Source: Callorhinchus milii
Taxonomy: Eukaryota
Reading direction: 5' to 3'
DNA length: 64,000 nt
NCBI RefSeq assembly: GCF_018977255.1
Contig: NW_024704754.1
Location: 12,834,001-12,898,000 of the forward strand
The notes below the pieces were generated by a model. It saw nothing but the letters and a program-made list of their open reading frames with translations, was not told the DNA's origin and searched no databases. Position numbers and translations under genes: made by a program. This document shows positions 61,618 to 64,000 of the stretch, piece by piece. Within the stretch, counting starts at the first letter, position 1; each line of letters starts with the position of its first letter.

Positions 61618-62015
61618 TATAATAATAATAATAACAATAATAATCCTTGCATTTGATATAGCACTTTTCACATCTTCTAGATGTCTCAAAGCACTTCACA
61701 GAATATACTGTAATGTGAATTAACTGTATATTTGTGAGCAAAATACGGCAGCCAATTGCGCACAGCATTGTCCCACAAACAGTCTTGGATTAAAGTGACC
61801 AATTTTATTATTGTTTTTTGTTTTTTATTCTTCTCTTTAGAATGTCCTCCCGACGTGAAAGGCGCTCTACAAATGTAATTTTGTTGTTTTTGTTGAGGGA
61901 TTATTATCACGCGGGTGAAGTAAAGAAGCTTGCCCAAGGTTTCGACCTGCCGGGAATCGAACCCAGGTCTCGCGCATGCGAAGCGGGGGCTCTAAGCACT
62001 GAGCGACAGGACTCC
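61618..62015 (-). mobile_element. Young SINE, short form, interrupted by an L2 tail (+, ~61841-61895)
   Basis: Head rc ggagtcctgtcgctcagtgcttagagcccccgcttcgcatgcgcgagacctgggttcgattcccgg; inserted gtcctcccgacgtgaaaggcgctctacaaatgtaattttgttg. Confidence 0.88.
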
Positions 62016-62699
62016 TACAAATGCAAACATTATAATCAATAGTGTCACAGGATTTTTAATGTCCACCTGAACAGACAGACAGGACCCTAGTTTAACTTTG
62101 CATCTCCAACAATTCAGTGCTCCTCCAGTACTGAATTAGTCTGTGAGCTCAAGTCCTGATGTAGAGATTGAATCCACAACCTTTTTGCACAACCAACAAG
62201 CTGACATATTTTGAGAGCTATGATGTGTCTCTTTCCTGAGCTCCATCGCATCCCCGGCTCCCATCACATTGAGATTATAGTCACCTGAAGGGACCTGGGT
62301 GACTGGATAGAAGCACCAGCTAGGTTTAAAGGTTTTAAAGTGCGTGATTGGGGAAGGGGGAACTCAGATTAAGTTAAAGGTGCAATTCCAAAGAGCCCAT
62401 TTTCTTTCAAGATGCAAAGTTGAATTGGTCTCTTCTTTCACTCGCTTGTCTCTAGCCATTACCATGTACAAAGGGAATGCAATCGCCAAGCCCTGAAATG
62501 CAGTTTCAGGCAGAAACGATGTGCACTCAAAGCAGATTCAGTGATGTGTGGCTTCTGTAACAAGAAGCGTGCCTGCCAGCAATTTGAGCTGTTATTGTGC
62601 ATGAAGAAGAAGCACTTGTTTGATGAATCTTCTCTTTCTCAGTTGTGCATAGAGTTGCAGACGGCTGAAACAACCTTAATTATGTGCTTTTGCAAGATT

Positions 62700-63180
62700 A
62701 CTCCCAACATGTCCTGTGGCCCAGGCTGTACAGATGGATATTCTCCTGCTGTCTGTGCTTCTATCAACTTCTTTTGTCTAACCAAGTTCAACAATCTTGA
62801 ACTCTATTACATCCTACCTCTGTTTCATTGCCTCCACGACTCCATGTTTGCTCCATGCTCCACTCAAATCTGACTTTGTTCCTCCTGAGATCCAAAGTGC
62901 ACCAACCCACACAATGATTCTCCTTCTTGCATGTTCACAATGTTCAAATAAAGACTCAATCATGCCGTTTCACAAGGAAACATTAAAGAGTCAAATCATC
63001 CAGTAAGCAAGCCTCCCTTCACCTCTAGCCTCCCTCCATTCCCTTTCACCTTGAAACTTTCCTTGTCTTTTGTTCTTCTGCTAATTCAAAATCTTTCCAC
63101 TCGGGCCCAAAATTATTCCCACCTGTGGGAGCAGTAAATCCACTCCCACTACACCCGACCTCATCTTATTATAATCCGTG
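62700..63180 (+). mobile_element. Highly degraded L2-like fragments (also 63640-63950)
   Basis: C/T-rich; atccaaagtgcacc, tcaaatcatccag, acctctagcctccc and tggaatcccttc resemble the L2 ORF2 end. Confidence 0.4.
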
Positions 63181-64000
63181 ATGCCTGGATTCCTGCCCTT
63201 ATTATGTAAAAAATCTTTTAAAAACGTAAAAATAATATATGTATTATCCTTCTAATTCCAATGTTACAAAACATGCACGCGTTATTGAGTTGCCTAGGAT
63301 TCCCATCCACAGTTATTGTGGGCCGGAAAGAGTTAAAACACATATTTTGCATCAATTATTTAAACTAGCAATTGAAATGTTACATCTCCTCTCAGTGATT
63401 TTGTGAAATAAATACATTTTGAGTGGAGCGCATGCTGCCAAAATATTAAGACAGAAAAAACTAGTACAGCATTTACATCGTGTTCTGTTATTTGTAAAGA
63501 TAGGTTTAATTCAAGCCCTTTTGTCATTTCACTAAGAATAACATTTTGCATCAAGTCCTAATTTCCTTCAACTGCATATCAACAAAACTGATGGCATCAT
63601 GTTCCATCTCTGAAAGATTGCCTGTTTACATTCCCAACCCCCACCACCCCCGCTGCAGGATAAAACACTCGTGCACTTTTCATCACCTCAAGGCGAGAAT
63701 TTTCCAATGTTCTCCTTCCTGGCATTTCTGTCTCAACAATCCATAATCTCCAACTCGTCTAAACCTCTGCAGCCCAGATTCTCTCCCACGCCCTTTGGAA
63801 TCCCTTCACGGTCTTCACACTCCCAACTTTTGCATTCTCCTTCAGCTCAAATCTCTCTCAAGTAGGCACTCCACTAATTCCACTCTGGTCCACAACTCAT
63901 TTCTCACTTCCTCTGTTCCAACAATGGCAGCCAAGCCTCCAACCACTGCACATTATAAAATAGAAATTTGAAGCACAGAGGAGATCATTTAGCCCGTCGA

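Noticed and set aside
1-64000. CRISPR array, rRNA, snRNA, viral or prokaryotic system
   Set aside because: No regularly spaced repeat-spacer array or recognisable structural RNA; recurring words are dispersed SINE/LINE tails

Overview
Repeat-dense vertebrate DNA, intergenic or from a large intron. The repeat set points to a cartilaginous fish, most likely a chimaera such as the elephant shark. It includes CR1 and L2 LINE fragments, a young tRNA-Ala(CGC)-headed SINE with an L2-type tail, older Deu-domain SINEs, and AmnSINE2-like and LF-SINE-like relics; the taxon and family names are inferred from recalled consensus sequences. I recognise no host protein-coding gene, rRNA, true tRNA or CRISPR array. 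The only ORFs with identifiable homology are broken LINE ORF2 (reverse transcriptase) pieces: L2 at 5752-7415 (+) and 47405-48895 (-), and CR1 at 2287-2770 and 36976-38241. Also present are a ~1.17 kb non-autonomous hAT element, palindromic MITE relics, several near-perfect hairpins, CpG-retaining unique blocks that may be enhancers, a CTCF-like site and a few orphan candidate exons. I found no convincing new biological system. The best leads are the SINE subfamily structure, tail-directed nested insertions, the isolated hairpins and the candidate exons at 18.3-20.1 kb. Boundaries of old repeats are approximate, to within tens of bp.
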